From Patescibacteria group bacterium (GTDB lineage: Bacteria > Patescibacteriota > Minisyncoccia > Portnoybacterales > UBA2143), in the NCBI GenBank assembly GCA_018830295.1, contig JAHJSM010000001.1:257980-321979 (forward strand): a DNA stretch of 64,000 nt. The letters run 5' to 3'. The notes beneath the pieces are model-generated. The model ran no database searches. It saw nothing but the letters and a program-made list of their open reading frames with translations, and was not told the DNA's origin. Shown here piece after piece: positions 17,804 through 27,758 of the stretch; the first letter of the stretch is position 1, and every line of letters starts with the position of its first letter. The position numbers and the translations under genes were made by a program.

Positions 17804-18475
17804 CTATTTACCCTTAACCACAACCACAAACTCGCCTTTTGTTTTGTCTTTTTCAATTTTCTCAATCACTTCTTTGACTTCGCCTTTGTAAATTGTTTCA
17901 AATTTCTTTGTTATTTCTCGGCAGACGACAATTTGCCTTTCGGGCTCTAAAACACTTTCTAATTCTCGCAGCGTTTTTAAAATTCTGTGGCAGGATTCGT
18001 AGAAGACAACTGTGTGCTTTGAATTGGCGACTTCTTCAAAAAACTTTTTTCTTTTCTTTTTCACGGGCGGGAAGCCGAGGAAAACAAACTTATCCGCTGA
18101 AAAGCCGGAAACGCTTAAAGCGGCGATTAGCGCCGATGGTCCGGGGATGGGAATAACCTCCAAATCGGGCATTTGCTCAAACAAAAATTCAATTAACTTC
18201 GCGCCCGGGTCGCTAATTGAAGGCGTCCCCGCGTCCGAAATTAAAGCCAGGTCATTCCCTTCTTTTAATCGCTCTAAAATATATTCGTTTTTCTTTAATT
18301 CGCTATGCTGGTGGTAACTAACCGTCGGCTTGGAAATTTCATAACGACTCAAAAGTTTTTGAGCGACCCTCGTGTCCTCGCAAAGAATAAGAGTGACTTT
18401 TTTTAGCGTCTCAATCGCCCGAAAAGAAATGTCTTTCAGATTACCAATAGGCGTCGCGACGATGTATAGTTTCAT
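17804..18475 (-). CDS. rsmI: 16S rRNA C1402 2'-O-methyltransferase
   Basis: LYIVATPIGNL.DIS.RA, CEDTR, SDAGTP.ISDPG. Confidence 0.96.
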   Translation of the reverse strand: MKLYIVATPIGNLKDISFRAIETLKKVTLILCEDTRVAQKLLSRYEISKPTVSYHQHSELKKNEYILERLKEGNDLALISDAGTPSISDPGAKLIEFLFEQMPDLEVIPIPGPSALIAALSVSGFSADKFVFLGFPPVKKKRKKFFEEVANSKHTVVFYESCHRILKTLRELESVLEPERQIVVCREITKKFETIYKGEVKEVIEKIEKDKTKGEFVVVVKGK

Positions 18476-18479
18476 AAAA

Positions 18480-19496
18480 CTAATTTCTTTTCTCCTGAAA
18501 ATCCTTCACAAATTCAGCGATCGCCGCGGTGACGGGAACTGATAAAATAATACCCAAGACGCCCGCCAATTTGGCGCCGATTAACATTACAATAATAATC
18601 ACAATCGGACTCAAGCCAACCGTTCTTTTCATAACCTGCGGAACAATGATGTAGTTTTCTATTTGATTGATAATAATAAAAAGAACGATAACCATAAGCG
18701 CTAAAATAGGCGATTGAATAAAGGCCAAAATAACCGCCGGTATCGCCGCTAAAATCGGTCCCATATACGGAATAATCTCAAACAAAGCGGCAATTAAAGC
18801 CAGAACCAAAGCGTATTTTACGCCCAAAACCGATAAACCTATATATGTCAAGACACCAACAATCAGCATTAGTAAAAGTTGTCCCCTCACCCAGCCGCCA
18901 ATTTTAATCTGAACGCGATTAGCTAAATCCGAAAGATAATGCCGATGCTCAACAGGAGTTAGAGAAACCAAAAAATTTTTAACTCCCTTCTCTTGGGTGG
19001 CTAAATAAAAAGAAATAACCAAAACGACAATCGCTGAAAAGAACCCGCCAAAAATTCCTGTAATTGTGTTAAAAACACTTGAAGTGGCTTGAGTCAGCCG
19101 CTCGCTCGCGCTGCCCAAAAAAGATTGGAAATTTCCTTCAATTTGAAATCTGCCCCACCAATCCTGAACGCTCAAACCAACCCTCTCAACAATACTGGGA
19201 AAATTAATAGCCAATTGCTTAATTTGTTCCGCCAACGGAGGAAAAATTAAAGTAATAATTAGGGACAAGAAAGAAAGAAAAAGCAGATAAATAAAAACCA
19301 CACCCAAGAGCCGGGGAATTTTATGCCGATGAAGCCAACTCACCGGGTCATTAACAGCCGCCGCGATAATCAAAGCGACAAAAATAATCGCCAAAATATC
19401 GCGAATCGTATACAAAAAAATCAACCCCAAGAGAATAATAACTGTCCTGAAAATCGTTGAAGTTGAAATATTAATTGTCCGAGAATCGTTAAGCAT
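18480..19496 (-). CDS. AI-2E (PerM) family transporter
   Basis: multi-TM, GWVRGQ, IPYMGP, QIENYIIVP, GIILSVP. Confidence 0.9.
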   Translation of the reverse strand: MLNDSRTINISTSTIFRTVIILLGLIFLYTIRDILAIIFVALIIAAAVNDPVSWLHRHKIPRLLGVVFIYLLFLSFLSLIITLIFPPLAEQIKQLAINFPSIVERVGLSVQDWWGRFQIEGNFQSFLGSASERLTQATSSVFNTITGIFGGFFSAIVVLVISFYLATQEKGVKNFLVSLTPVEHRHYLSDLANRVQIKIGGWVRGQLLLMLIVGVLTYIGLSVLGVKYALVLALIAALFEIIPYMGPILAAIPAVILAFIQSPILALMVIVLFIIINQIENYIIVPQVMKRTVGLSPIVIIIVMLIGAKLAGVLGIILSVPVTAAIAEFVKDFQEKRN

Positions 19497-20771
19497 TTAT
19501 ATTTTTAATATTTTCTCAAACTTATCCTTATCCTTAAACGGTCCGATCATCGCCAGATTTAATTTCTCCGGCTTGAAAATATCTTGCGCGACTCTTTGAA
19601 TGTCATCAACCGTCACTGCCTCCATTTTAGCGAACTTTTGGTCTAGAGTCAAAATTTTTCCAGTCAAAAGTTCCTGAAAAGCGGCAAAAGACGCCCGCTC
19701 ATCAGACGACTCCATCCCAATTAAAGAAGAGCCCCGAATATAGTCCTTCGCTTTTCTTAACTCCGCTTGACTGATTTTTGTCGTAGCGATTTTTTTGTAT
19801 TCATCCAAAATCGTTTTGATCGCCCTCTCCACTTTTTGATTATCAACCCCTGCGTGCGTGGACAAAAACCCTGTGTCAGTATCGCTATCAACGCCCGTCC
19901 CAACATAATACGCCAAGCCCTGTTTTTCTCTAACAGAAATCCACAAGCGAGAGCTCATATTGCCTCCCAAAATTACGCCAAGTAAACTTAAAGCGTACTT
20001 ATCTGGATGAAAAATATTATATCCACGAACCCCTAAATGTAAATGCGTTTGATCCGTTTTTTTGTAATAAACAAGCGATTGCGGTTTATCTTGTTTTTCT
20101 ACAACCGGCAGCTTTCCCACAACCGCCTTATGATTGATTTTCCCAAAACATTTCGCAATCTTCTTAACCGCCTCATCACCATCAATATTGCCCGCGACCG
20201 CGACAATCGTGTTTCGCGAAGAATAGTGGTCTTTAAGATATTGGGCAAATTGCGCTCTTTGAACGCTTTTAATCGTTTCTTCCTCGCCAATAATCCTCCA
20301 ACCCGCCGGCTGATCGCCGTATAAAAGATTTGTCCAAAGGTCATAAACATGACGCGTTGGAGTATCCAAATACATATTTAATTCCTGCAGAATCGTTCCT
20401 CTCTCTTTTTTAATTTCTTTCTCTTCTATTTTTGAATTCAAATAGATATCAGAAACCCAATTCAAAGCCAAATCAAAATGACTCGCGTCAACTTTCGCCC
20501 AATAGCCGGTATATTCCTCCGATGTAAAGGCGTTATACTGTCCGCCAATTTTGTCCAGCGGCTCAATCAATTTCAAAGTGCTCGGATATTTTTTGGTCCC
20601 CTTAAAAAACATATGCTCTAAAAAATGAGAAATCCCGTTAATGTCCTTCGTCTCGTATTTAGACCCCGTCCCCACCAAAACCAAAACAGCTGCCGTTTTG
20701 GTATTTTTAGACGGGACAGTAATAATCCTCAATCCGTTTTTAAGAGTAGTTTTTTTATAATGATTTTTCAT
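19497..20771 (-). CDS. M16 family zinc peptidase
   Basis: HFLEH (HxxEH), NAFTS, LGGNMSSRL. Confidence 0.94.
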   Translation of the reverse strand: MKNHYKKTTLKNGLRIITVPSKNTKTAAVLVLVGTGSKYETKDINGISHFLEHMFFKGTKKYPSTLKLIEPLDKIGGQYNAFTSEEYTGYWAKVDASHFDLALNWVSDIYLNSKIEEKEIKKERGTILQELNMYLDTPTRHVYDLWTNLLYGDQPAGWRIIGEEETIKSVQRAQFAQYLKDHYSSRNTIVAVAGNIDGDEAVKKIAKCFGKINHKAVVGKLPVVEKQDKPQSLVYYKKTDQTHLHLGVRGYNIFHPDKYALSLLGVILGGNMSSRLWISVREKQGLAYYVGTGVDSDTDTGFLSTHAGVDNQKVERAIKTILDEYKKIATTKISQAELRKAKDYIRGSSLIGMESSDERASFAAFQELLTGKILTLDQKFAKMEAVTVDDIQRVAQDIFKPEKLNLAMIGPFKDKDKFEKILKI

Positions 20772-20772
20772 A

Positions 20773-22071
20773 TCACAACCTCTCCCTAAAATAATCTTCC
20801 AACTCGCTTATCTTAATTCTCTCTTGTTTCATTGTGTCGCGGTCGCGGACTGTCGCATCGTTTTGTTCTAAACTGTCAAAATCAACCGTAATACAATAAA
20901 GCGTCCCAATTTCGTCCTGACGGCGGTATCGCTTGCCAATGTTTCCATTATCGTCAAACTCGCAGACATAATTTTGTTTGAGTTGAGCATAAACCTCTCT
21001 CGCTTTTTTAACAAGTTCTGGTTTGTTTCTTAATAAAGGAAAAACCGCAATTTTAACAGGAGCCATCTTTTTATTAAACTTCATCACTGTTCTCGTCCCG
21101 CCCTCGGTTTCCTCTTCCGTATATGCCTCCGCCAAAATAGCGAGCAAAGTCCTATCTACGCCAAAAGTCGGCTCAATTACATGAGAAATAAATCTTTTTT
21201 GGTCTTTATCGTCAAAATAAGTCAAATCCTTCCCTGAATTTTTTTGATGATTAGATAAATCAAAATCAGTCCGATAAGCAAGACCCCACAACTCGTCCTG
21301 ACCAAAAGGAAATTCATATTCTATATCAATCGTCTTTTTAGAATAATGCGCCCTTTCGCCGTCTGGGATATCCATGTCATGCGCTTTTTTTCTATCCAGC
21401 CCGACAAAATCCATAAATTTATACATTTCGCCAAGCCATTTGTTAAAGACCTTTTTCCAATCCGCTTCGGGGGAAATAAAAAACTCTATTTCCATTTGCT
21501 CAAATTCAAGCGTGCGAAAAATAAAGTTGCCCATTGTCATTTCATTCCGAAACGCTTTTCCTGATTGCCCGATTCCAAAAGGTATTTTCTTGTTTGTGGA
21601 ATCCAAAATATTTTTGTAATTAACAAAAATAGCTTGCGCTGTTTCAGGCCTCAAATATGTTTTAACGCCCTCTTTTTCAACCGGGCCGATAACCGTCTCA
21701 AACATCCCGCTAAAAAATTTTTCTTCCGTAAAACCGCCTCCGCATTCCGGACACTTGGACGCGTCCTTTAATTTATCGGGCCTAAATCTTTTGTGGCATT
21801 TTTTGCACTCAACCAAAGGGTCTTTGAACTTTTCCGTATGACCGCTCGCCTCCCAAATTTTAGGACTCATCAAAATCCCGCCATCCAACCCAACCATATC
21901 TTCTCTGTCTTGAATAAAATATTTCCACCACGCCTGCTTAATATTATTTTTCAACTCCGTTCCTAATGGCCCGTAATCGTAAGTATTGGCCAGCCCGCCA
22001 TAAATATCCGAACCAGGATAAACAAATCCCCTTCGCTTGCATAAAGAAACAATTTTTTCCATGGTAATCAT
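20773..22071 (-). CDS. glyQS: glycine--tRNA ligase (alpha2 type)
   Basis: YDYGPLG, LRPETAQ, FRNE, EFEQME, GKRYRRQDEIG. Confidence 0.96.
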   Translation of the reverse strand: MITMEKIVSLCKRRGFVYPGSDIYGGLANTYDYGPLGTELKNNIKQAWWKYFIQDREDMVGLDGGILMSPKIWEASGHTEKFKDPLVECKKCHKRFRPDKLKDASKCPECGGGFTEEKFFSGMFETVIGPVEKEGVKTYLRPETAQAIFVNYKNILDSTNKKIPFGIGQSGKAFRNEMTMGNFIFRTLEFEQMEIEFFISPEADWKKVFNKWLGEMYKFMDFVGLDRKKAHDMDIPDGERAHYSKKTIDIEYEFPFGQDELWGLAYRTDFDLSNHQKNSGKDLTYFDDKDQKRFISHVIEPTFGVDRTLLAILAEAYTEEETEGGTRTVMKFNKKMAPVKIAVFPLLRNKPELVKKAREVYAQLKQNYVCEFDDNGNIGKRYRRQDEIGTLYCITVDFDSLEQNDATVRDRDTMKQERIKISELEDYFRERL

Positions 22072-22075
22072 AAAA

Positions 22076-23950
22076 TTATTTTATAACCGTCCCTTCTTTG
22101 CGATCTATCTCCGGCTCATCGGGTAAATCGGTGTCAATTTCATCGTCTTCTTCGGTCAACTCCAATCCCGCGAAATTGTCCTGAACGATAACTTTTGATT
22201 GCCCAATTAACTCAACCAAACTGCCTAAATGCGCCAAACTTGGAGTAATAGAAATCTGAAAAGCCGCTTGCTCAACTGGAGACAAAATACCCGTTGCCGA
22301 AGACATATTTCCGACATTCCAAACCAATTTTCCTGTTTGCGGACTGTATTTCAAATTAGCGCTTGACGGACTAAAATTATTCAGCCACTTAACATGAGGC
22401 GGCAAATACGCCTCCACAACGACTTGGCTTAAATCATTGCCCGCGTTGGTTAATTGCCATTTAAGCGTATAAGTCGTTTCTTGTCCAACTTTAGGCGGAA
22501 TCGGACCGCTATTAGAAATCAAATCATCGTAATAATATCCGCGCGCCTGAACGGATAACTGGCTCGCCACTTTGGTCACCAATTCGCTTTGCCCAGCAAT
22601 CTGAATATCTCCCAAAGAAAGAGGTGTTTCCGAAGAATCAATTTTGACCGTGTTAATAATCTCAAAATTCTTGTCGTCGTACTTGAAGACCGGCAGAGAA
22701 TCTTTCACTTTAAGCGAAAATTCAATCACGCCCTCTTGACGCGAAGCAAGATATTCTAAGGCGGGCAAGTTACTCGCGTTCCATGTAATTGTTTGATTTT
22801 CTCCGTTAAAAGACCCTTTATCGCCGATACTTAATTCCGCGAAATCCAAGACCGCGCCTTCTAATTTTGAAGTAATATTAACATTTCTAATGCCGACATC
22901 TGTTGTATTCTGATAAATGATTTGATAATCCAAATCCTCGCCCGCTCGCGCGATATAGTCAGTTTTTTCGTTTAATTTTTGGCTAACAAATAAAGGAGAA
23001 ACAGAAATCTGAAGAGCGTCCGTCGTTTCAGCGTAAGGAACAAATTCGCCATCTTTCAGTAACCCCAACCGCGCTTCAAAAAGCTTGACTTCTCCTTCTT
23101 CTCCTTGGATATCACCCCTAACCGAAATTTTGCCCTGTTCGCCAGATATTAGTTTTTCCAACGACCAAATTTTATCCTCTTCCGAAGGAGACGGGACCGA
23201 CGATTGAAAATTAAATCCCGACGGATATTCAATCTGAATTTGAAGGTCATCAAAAGCGACTTCCGCTTGGTTTGAATAAATTAAAGAAAAATCAAAAAAT
23301 TGCCCGCTGACCAATTTATCGGGCAAATCAAAACTAACCATCAAAGGAACGGAAACAATGACCGATGTAAAACTCGCCTCGTTGAAAAAAAGAGAACTAA
23401 TCCTGCCTGGATAATAATTTAATTCCGCGCGAGCGGCTTTATTCTCTCCCTTTAATCCTATAAGCCGCGCCGGCAATTCAATCTGATTTTCCCCGCCCGC
23501 CGCTAAATTGGGCAAATTGATATTTTCAATTAAATCCTCGCCGCTTAAATGAACCGAGTTTTCTGGATAATAGAATATAAGTTCTATGTCTTTTAATTCC
23601 AATTTTGTATTGTTTTTGTATCTTACAAAATATTTTACTTCATCTCCGCTCACAACGCTTTCGGGGCCTCTGATTTCAAAATCAACTTCATTTTTATCAA
23701 AAGAAAACAACCCTCGCCAAAATAAAAATCCCATAGCGACCAAAAAAACAGCCACAGCCGCGATGCCGCTCATTTTTAAATATTTCTTGCGCTTAGCCGA
23801 TAATTCTTCTCTTTCCTTTATTTCCTCCCATTCTTCCGATTGGACCTTCTCTCGTTCTTTTTCCGACTGAAATTCCTCCGGAAATTCCAGCCGCTCCTCA
23901 AATTCCGCCTCCGGCTTATATATTTTCCTCTTCAGTTCATCTAACTTCAT
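22076..23950 (-). CDS. membrane-anchored beta-rich (Ig-like repeat) surface protein
   Basis: single TM near the N-terminus, repeated G....Y...Y.N strands. Confidence 0.75.
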   Translation of the reverse strand: MKLDELKRKIYKPEAEFEERLEFPEEFQSEKEREKVQSEEWEEIKEREELSAKRKKYLKMSGIAAVAVFLVAMGFLFWRGLFSFDKNEVDFEIRGPESVVSGDEVKYFVRYKNNTKLELKDIELIFYYPENSVHLSGEDLIENINLPNLAAGGENQIELPARLIGLKGENKAARAELNYYPGRISSLFFNEASFTSVIVSVPLMVSFDLPDKLVSGQFFDFSLIYSNQAEVAFDDLQIQIEYPSGFNFQSSVPSPSEEDKIWSLEKLISGEQGKISVRGDIQGEEGEVKLFEARLGLLKDGEFVPYAETTDALQISVSPLFVSQKLNEKTDYIARAGEDLDYQIIYQNTTDVGIRNVNITSKLEGAVLDFAELSIGDKGSFNGENQTITWNASNLPALEYLASRQEGVIEFSLKVKDSLPVFKYDDKNFEIINTVKIDSSETPLSLGDIQIAGQSELVTKVASQLSVQARGYYYDDLISNSGPIPPKVGQETTYTLKWQLTNAGNDLSQVVVEAYLPPHVKWLNNFSPSSANLKYSPQTGKLVWNVGNMSSATGILSPVEQAAFQISITPSLAHLGSLVELIGQSKVIVQDNFAGLELTEEDDEIDTDLPDEPEIDRKEGTVIK

Positions 23951-23955
23951 GGTGT

Positions 23956-24495
23956 CTATTCTACCAAAGAAACCGCCTTTTGTAAAAAAACGCGCGAATT
24001 AATTTCTTCATTCAAAAGCGATTGAACAAAATCAACCGCGTCCGTCCGCTCTTCGCCATAGCCCAAAAAATTCAAAAGTTCGTCCTCAAAATTTTTGACA
24101 ACAGATGCCAAATCGTAATTTTTTTGGTCCAATTGCCGCAAAGAAGATAAAAAAAGTTCCCAAATCCTTTCGTCCTTTTCGGGGCCAGAAACAAGTTTAT
24201 CAGCCAATTCGGACAAATAGTAGGCAGCCGCCAAAGCAGACAAATCGCCATGAAGAAGAGGATAACTCTCAATCGTTTCCGCGCCCGTAATAATATCAAA
24301 ACCCCTCCCCGGCGCGACCATTAAATGGCTCCGCAAAAAAAGTTCCAAATGCCCCCTCAATTTTGATTGGTTTTTCCGAATCGACTTCGCCTTAACCAAA
24401 ATCTTTCCAAAATCCTGCGTATAAACAGTTAAAAGGCGATCAAAATCGCCCAAATCCCTCCTTCGGATAACAACCCCTTCCGTTTTATAAAGCAT
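23956..24495 (-). CDS. recO: DNA repair protein RecO
   Basis: start MLYKTEGVVIRRRDLGDFDRLLT..T..FGK; KSIRK..SKL. Confidence 0.9.
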   Translation of the reverse strand: MLYKTEGVVIRRRDLGDFDRLLTVYTQDFGKILVKAKSIRKNQSKLRGHLELFLRSHLMVAPGRGFDIITGAETIESYPLLHGDLSALAAAYYLSELADKLVSGPEKDERIWELFLSSLRQLDQKNYDLASVVKNFEDELLNFLGYGEERTDAVDFVQSLLNEEINSRVFLQKAVSLVE

Positions 24496-24502
24496 AAAAA
24501 TT

Positions 24503-24525
24503 ATTGTGACATCCGATGTCGCAAT
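24503..24525. repeat. GACATC-N-GATGTC palindrome
   Basis: attgtgacatc-c-gatgtcgcaat just upstream of recO. Confidence 0.5.
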
Positions 24526-24617
24526 TAGTTCATCATACAAATAAATTATAGCACAAATCCCCGACAAAAAAAAGACGGCCACTTTTTGTCGTGGCCGCCG
24601 AAACAAAATTACTCCTT

Positions 24618-24812
24618 TTAACTAAATAATATCATGAAAAAAAGCAAACTCCAAGCTAAAATAAGACATACAATTGACAATGCTCTTGCCTCAGAAGATA
24701 CCCTATATTCCCCAGCATCAAAGAATTTCCATGTTTTAAAGTACAAAACAATTCCAATGATTGAAAATATCACTGAAAGCGTTATAGGTATCACAGTCCA
24801 ATTCCAATTCAT
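24618..24812 (-). CDS. small two-TM hypothetical protein
   Basis: 64 aa, AAGGAGG SD, hairpin downstream. Confidence 0.65.
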   Translation of the reverse strand: MNWNWTVIPITLSVIFSIIGIVLYFKTWKFFDAGEYRVSSEARALSIVCLILAWSLLFFMILFS

Positions 24813-24847
24813 ATCGCCCTCCTTTATAATCCTTTTTGGTTTTTTAT

Positions 24848-27748
24848 TCAGTTGTTAAGGTAATTACCCCATTCGGCTTTACCAAAGCCGAATTTTAATT
24901 TCTTAATCCCCAGCCAAATTTTTTCTCCGTTAATAATCGTTTCTTTTTCTACAAGAAAGACCTCTTTTCTTTTTTGGGCTAATTCTATTTTCTCCGCGGA
25001 GGTTTCTTCTTTGATTTCGGAAGCGTGTTTTTGAATTAGTTTTGATAAAGAAGCGTCCGCTGTGTATCGCAGATAGATTCTTTGGCCCGGCTTTAGCCCT
25101 CCGTCTTTTCTCATTCCTTGGATAAAGCGGATTAGATCCCTGATTATTCCTTCGGCTCTTAATTCAGCTGTGATTTTCGTGTCAATTTTAATTTCTTTGC
25201 CTAAAATAACTTTTTTGACATTAATTTCGTCTTTAATTAAATCTATCATTTCTACATCTTTCGCCATTTGCTCGTTATTAATTGCTAATTCGCCTAGTGG
25301 CTGCCTGACTTTAATTCCCGCCGCCGCTCTTTGCGCCAGCGCGGCCGCCGCTATTTGCCTAACTTGCGACATTTTCTCTTCTAATTTTTTATCAATCAAT
25401 TTTTTGTTTACTTTTGGATAATCATCAAAATGAACCGATTGCTTCCCGTTTAATTTCTGATAAACCTCTTCCGCGATAAAAGGCGTAAAGGGAGCGGACA
25501 GCTTAGCAAAAGTCAGCAAAACAAAAGAGTAGGTCTCTTCCGCTTCTTTTTTTTCTTGAGCGTTGGATGGTTTTTGAAGCCGTCTTCGCGAGCGCCTCAC
25601 GAACCAATTGGAAAAATCATCCAAAAATTCGTCTATCAAACGGGACGCTTTCGTTAATTCGTACTGGTCCATCCATTCGGTCATTTCCAAAACAACCGAG
25701 TTAAGCCGAGAGACAATCCACCTGTCCAAAACATTTTTTGGTTTGACGGATTTGGGCGCCTTAAAATTTTTGGCGGTGTATGTTTTGAAAAAAATGAGGG
25801 AATTCCAAAAAGTCAAAATCGTTCGGCGGAATATTTCGGCGACCCTTTGCTCGGAGAAAATATAGTCCTCGCCTATGGGCGTGCTTGAAAGCAAGAAATA
25901 TCTCAAAGCGTCAGCGCCATATTTATTAAAAATGATTTCTGGCGCGGCATAATTTCCTAATTTCTTTGAAAGTTTCGTTCCGTCTTCGCCTAAAACAAGC
26001 CCGTTAACCACAACATTTCTAAAAGCCGGCTTGTCTTTGCCCAACCCGCGATCTTTCAAAGTTAACGCCGTCGCCAAAACAAGCAAAGAGTAAAACCAGC
26101 CCCGCGTTTGGTCCATTCCCTCGGCGATAAAATCGGCTGGAAATGTTTCTTCGACCAATTTTTTATTCTCAAACGGATAATGCCATTGCGCGTAAGGCAT
26201 GGAGCCCGACTCAAACCAACAATCAAAAACTTCTGGCGTCCTCTCCATCCGCCCGCCGCACTTTTGGCATTTGATAAAAATAGCGTCTATAATTGGACGA
26301 TGCAAGTCATCCGTTTTTTTGCCTGACAATTTTTCCAATTCCTTAACGCTTCCGACGCATTTTTGCTCACCGCACTTTTTACACTGCCAAATTGGCAAAG
26401 GCGCCCCCCAAAATCTGTTTCTTGAAATAGACCAATCACGCGCATCTTTTATCCAATTACCAAAGCGACCTTCTTTTAAATGCCCAGGAACCCATCTCGT
26501 TTTTTTGTTATTAGCAACCAATTCTTTTTTGAATTTCGTAACCGCCACATACCAACTATCAATTGAATGGTAAATAAGAGGGCTGTTGCAACGCCAGCAA
26601 TGAGGATAACTGTGGACTATTTTCTCTGCCTTAAAAAGCAAGCCCCTTTTTCTTAAATCATCTTTAATATCTTGGTTCGCTTTTTTGATAAATTTGCCTT
26701 CGCCCGGAATGCCCAAATCGCGAATAATCTTGCCTTCTTCATCAACTGTCACTATAGTCGGCAACTTCTCTTTTTTGCCCAAAGCCGCATCGTCTTCGCC
26801 AAAAGCGGGCGCAATATGAACCATCCCCGTCCCGTCATCAACAGAAACGAAATCGCCCGCCACAACTCGATAAGCGGACTCATTTGTCTTCATTAGATAA
26901 AACGGCTCGTATTCTTTTCCGACTAAATCTTTTCCAAAAAATTCTTCTTTGATCTTATATTTTTGCGCGTCTAAAACTTCCAGCCGTTCTTTGGCTAAAA
27001 TATATTTCTCGCCGTTTAGAGTGACCTTAACATATTTGATTTTCACCCCAACGGCGACGGCCATATTCGCCGACAAAGTCCAAGGCGTCGTCGTCCAAAC
27101 AAGCAGATATGTTTTTTTCTCGTCCTTTAAAGGGAATTTAACAAAAACCGATTCATCTTCAATGTCCTGATAAACATCAGGTTGATTTAATTCAAAATTA
27201 GACAAAGGCGTTCCACATCGCGGGCAATAGGGCGTTACCCGATAATCTTTGTAAACCAATCCATCATCCCATAACTGCTTAAAAACCCACCAGACCGACT
27301 CAATATATTCATTATCCAGAGTCGCGTACGCTTGCGAATAATCAGACCATCTTCCTACCCGCCGCAAAGTCCCTTGCCAATCAGAAGTACACCGAAAAAC
27401 CGATTTACGGCAGGCCTGATTAAATTTCTTAATCCCCATCCCCTCAATTTCCCTCTTATTTTTCAGCCCGAGTTCTTTTTCAATCAAATTTTCCACCGGC
27501 AATCCGTGGCAATCCCAACCAACCCGCCAAGGAACCTGTCTGCCTTTCATTGTCCAATACCGCAAGACCGTGTCTTTGATCGCGCTCGTCAAAATATGCC
27601 CGTAATGAGGAAGACCAGACGCGAAAGGAGGGCCGTCGTAAAAACTAAAAAACCGCTTGCCTTTCTTTTGGGCAATCAATTTGGCAAAAACATCTCCCTG
27701 CCGCCAAAACTTCAATATTCTTTTTTCCATCTTAGGTATCTGGTCCAT
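24848..27748 (-). CDS. ileS: isoleucine--tRNA ligase, type 2 (IleRS2-like)
   Basis: DGPPFASGLPHYGH, WDCHGLP, WTTTPWT, DWSISRNRFWG, KLSKK. Confidence 0.96.
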   Translation of the reverse strand: MDQIPKMEKRILKFWRQGDVFAKLIAQKKGKRFFSFYDGPPFASGLPHYGHILTSAIKDTVLRYWTMKGRQVPWRVGWDCHGLPVENLIEKELGLKNKREIEGMGIKKFNQACRKSVFRCTSDWQGTLRRVGRWSDYSQAYATLDNEYIESVWWVFKQLWDDGLVYKDYRVTPYCPRCGTPLSNFELNQPDVYQDIEDESVFVKFPLKDEKKTYLLVWTTTPWTLSANMAVAVGVKIKYVKVTLNGEKYILAKERLEVLDAQKYKIKEEFFGKDLVGKEYEPFYLMKTNESAYRVVAGDFVSVDDGTGMVHIAPAFGEDDAALGKKEKLPTIVTVDEEGKIIRDLGIPGEGKFIKKANQDIKDDLRKRGLLFKAEKIVHSYPHCWRCNSPLIYHSIDSWYVAVTKFKKELVANNKKTRWVPGHLKEGRFGNWIKDARDWSISRNRFWGAPLPIWQCKKCGEQKCVGSVKELEKLSGKKTDDLHRPIIDAIFIKCQKCGGRMERTPEVFDCWFESGSMPYAQWHYPFENKKLVEETFPADFIAEGMDQTRGWFYSLLVLATALTLKDRGLGKDKPAFRNVVVNGLVLGEDGTKLSKKLGNYAAPEIIFNKYGADALRYFLLSSTPIGEDYIFSEQRVAEIFRRTILTFWNSLIFFKTYTAKNFKAPKSVKPKNVLDRWIVSRLNSVVLEMTEWMDQYELTKASRLIDEFLDDFSNWFVRRSRRRLQKPSNAQEKKEAEETYSFVLLTFAKLSAPFTPFIAEEVYQKLNGKQSVHFDDYPKVNKKLIDKKLEEKMSQVRQIAAAALAQRAAAGIKVRQPLGELAINNEQMAKDVEMIDLIKDEINVKKVILGKEIKIDTKITAELRAEGIIRDLIRFIQGMRKDGGLKPGQRIYLRYTADASLSKLIQKHASEIKEETSAEKIELAQKRKEVFLVEKETIINGEKIWLGIKKLKFGFGKAEWGNYLNN

Positions 27749-27758
27749 AATTATAAAA

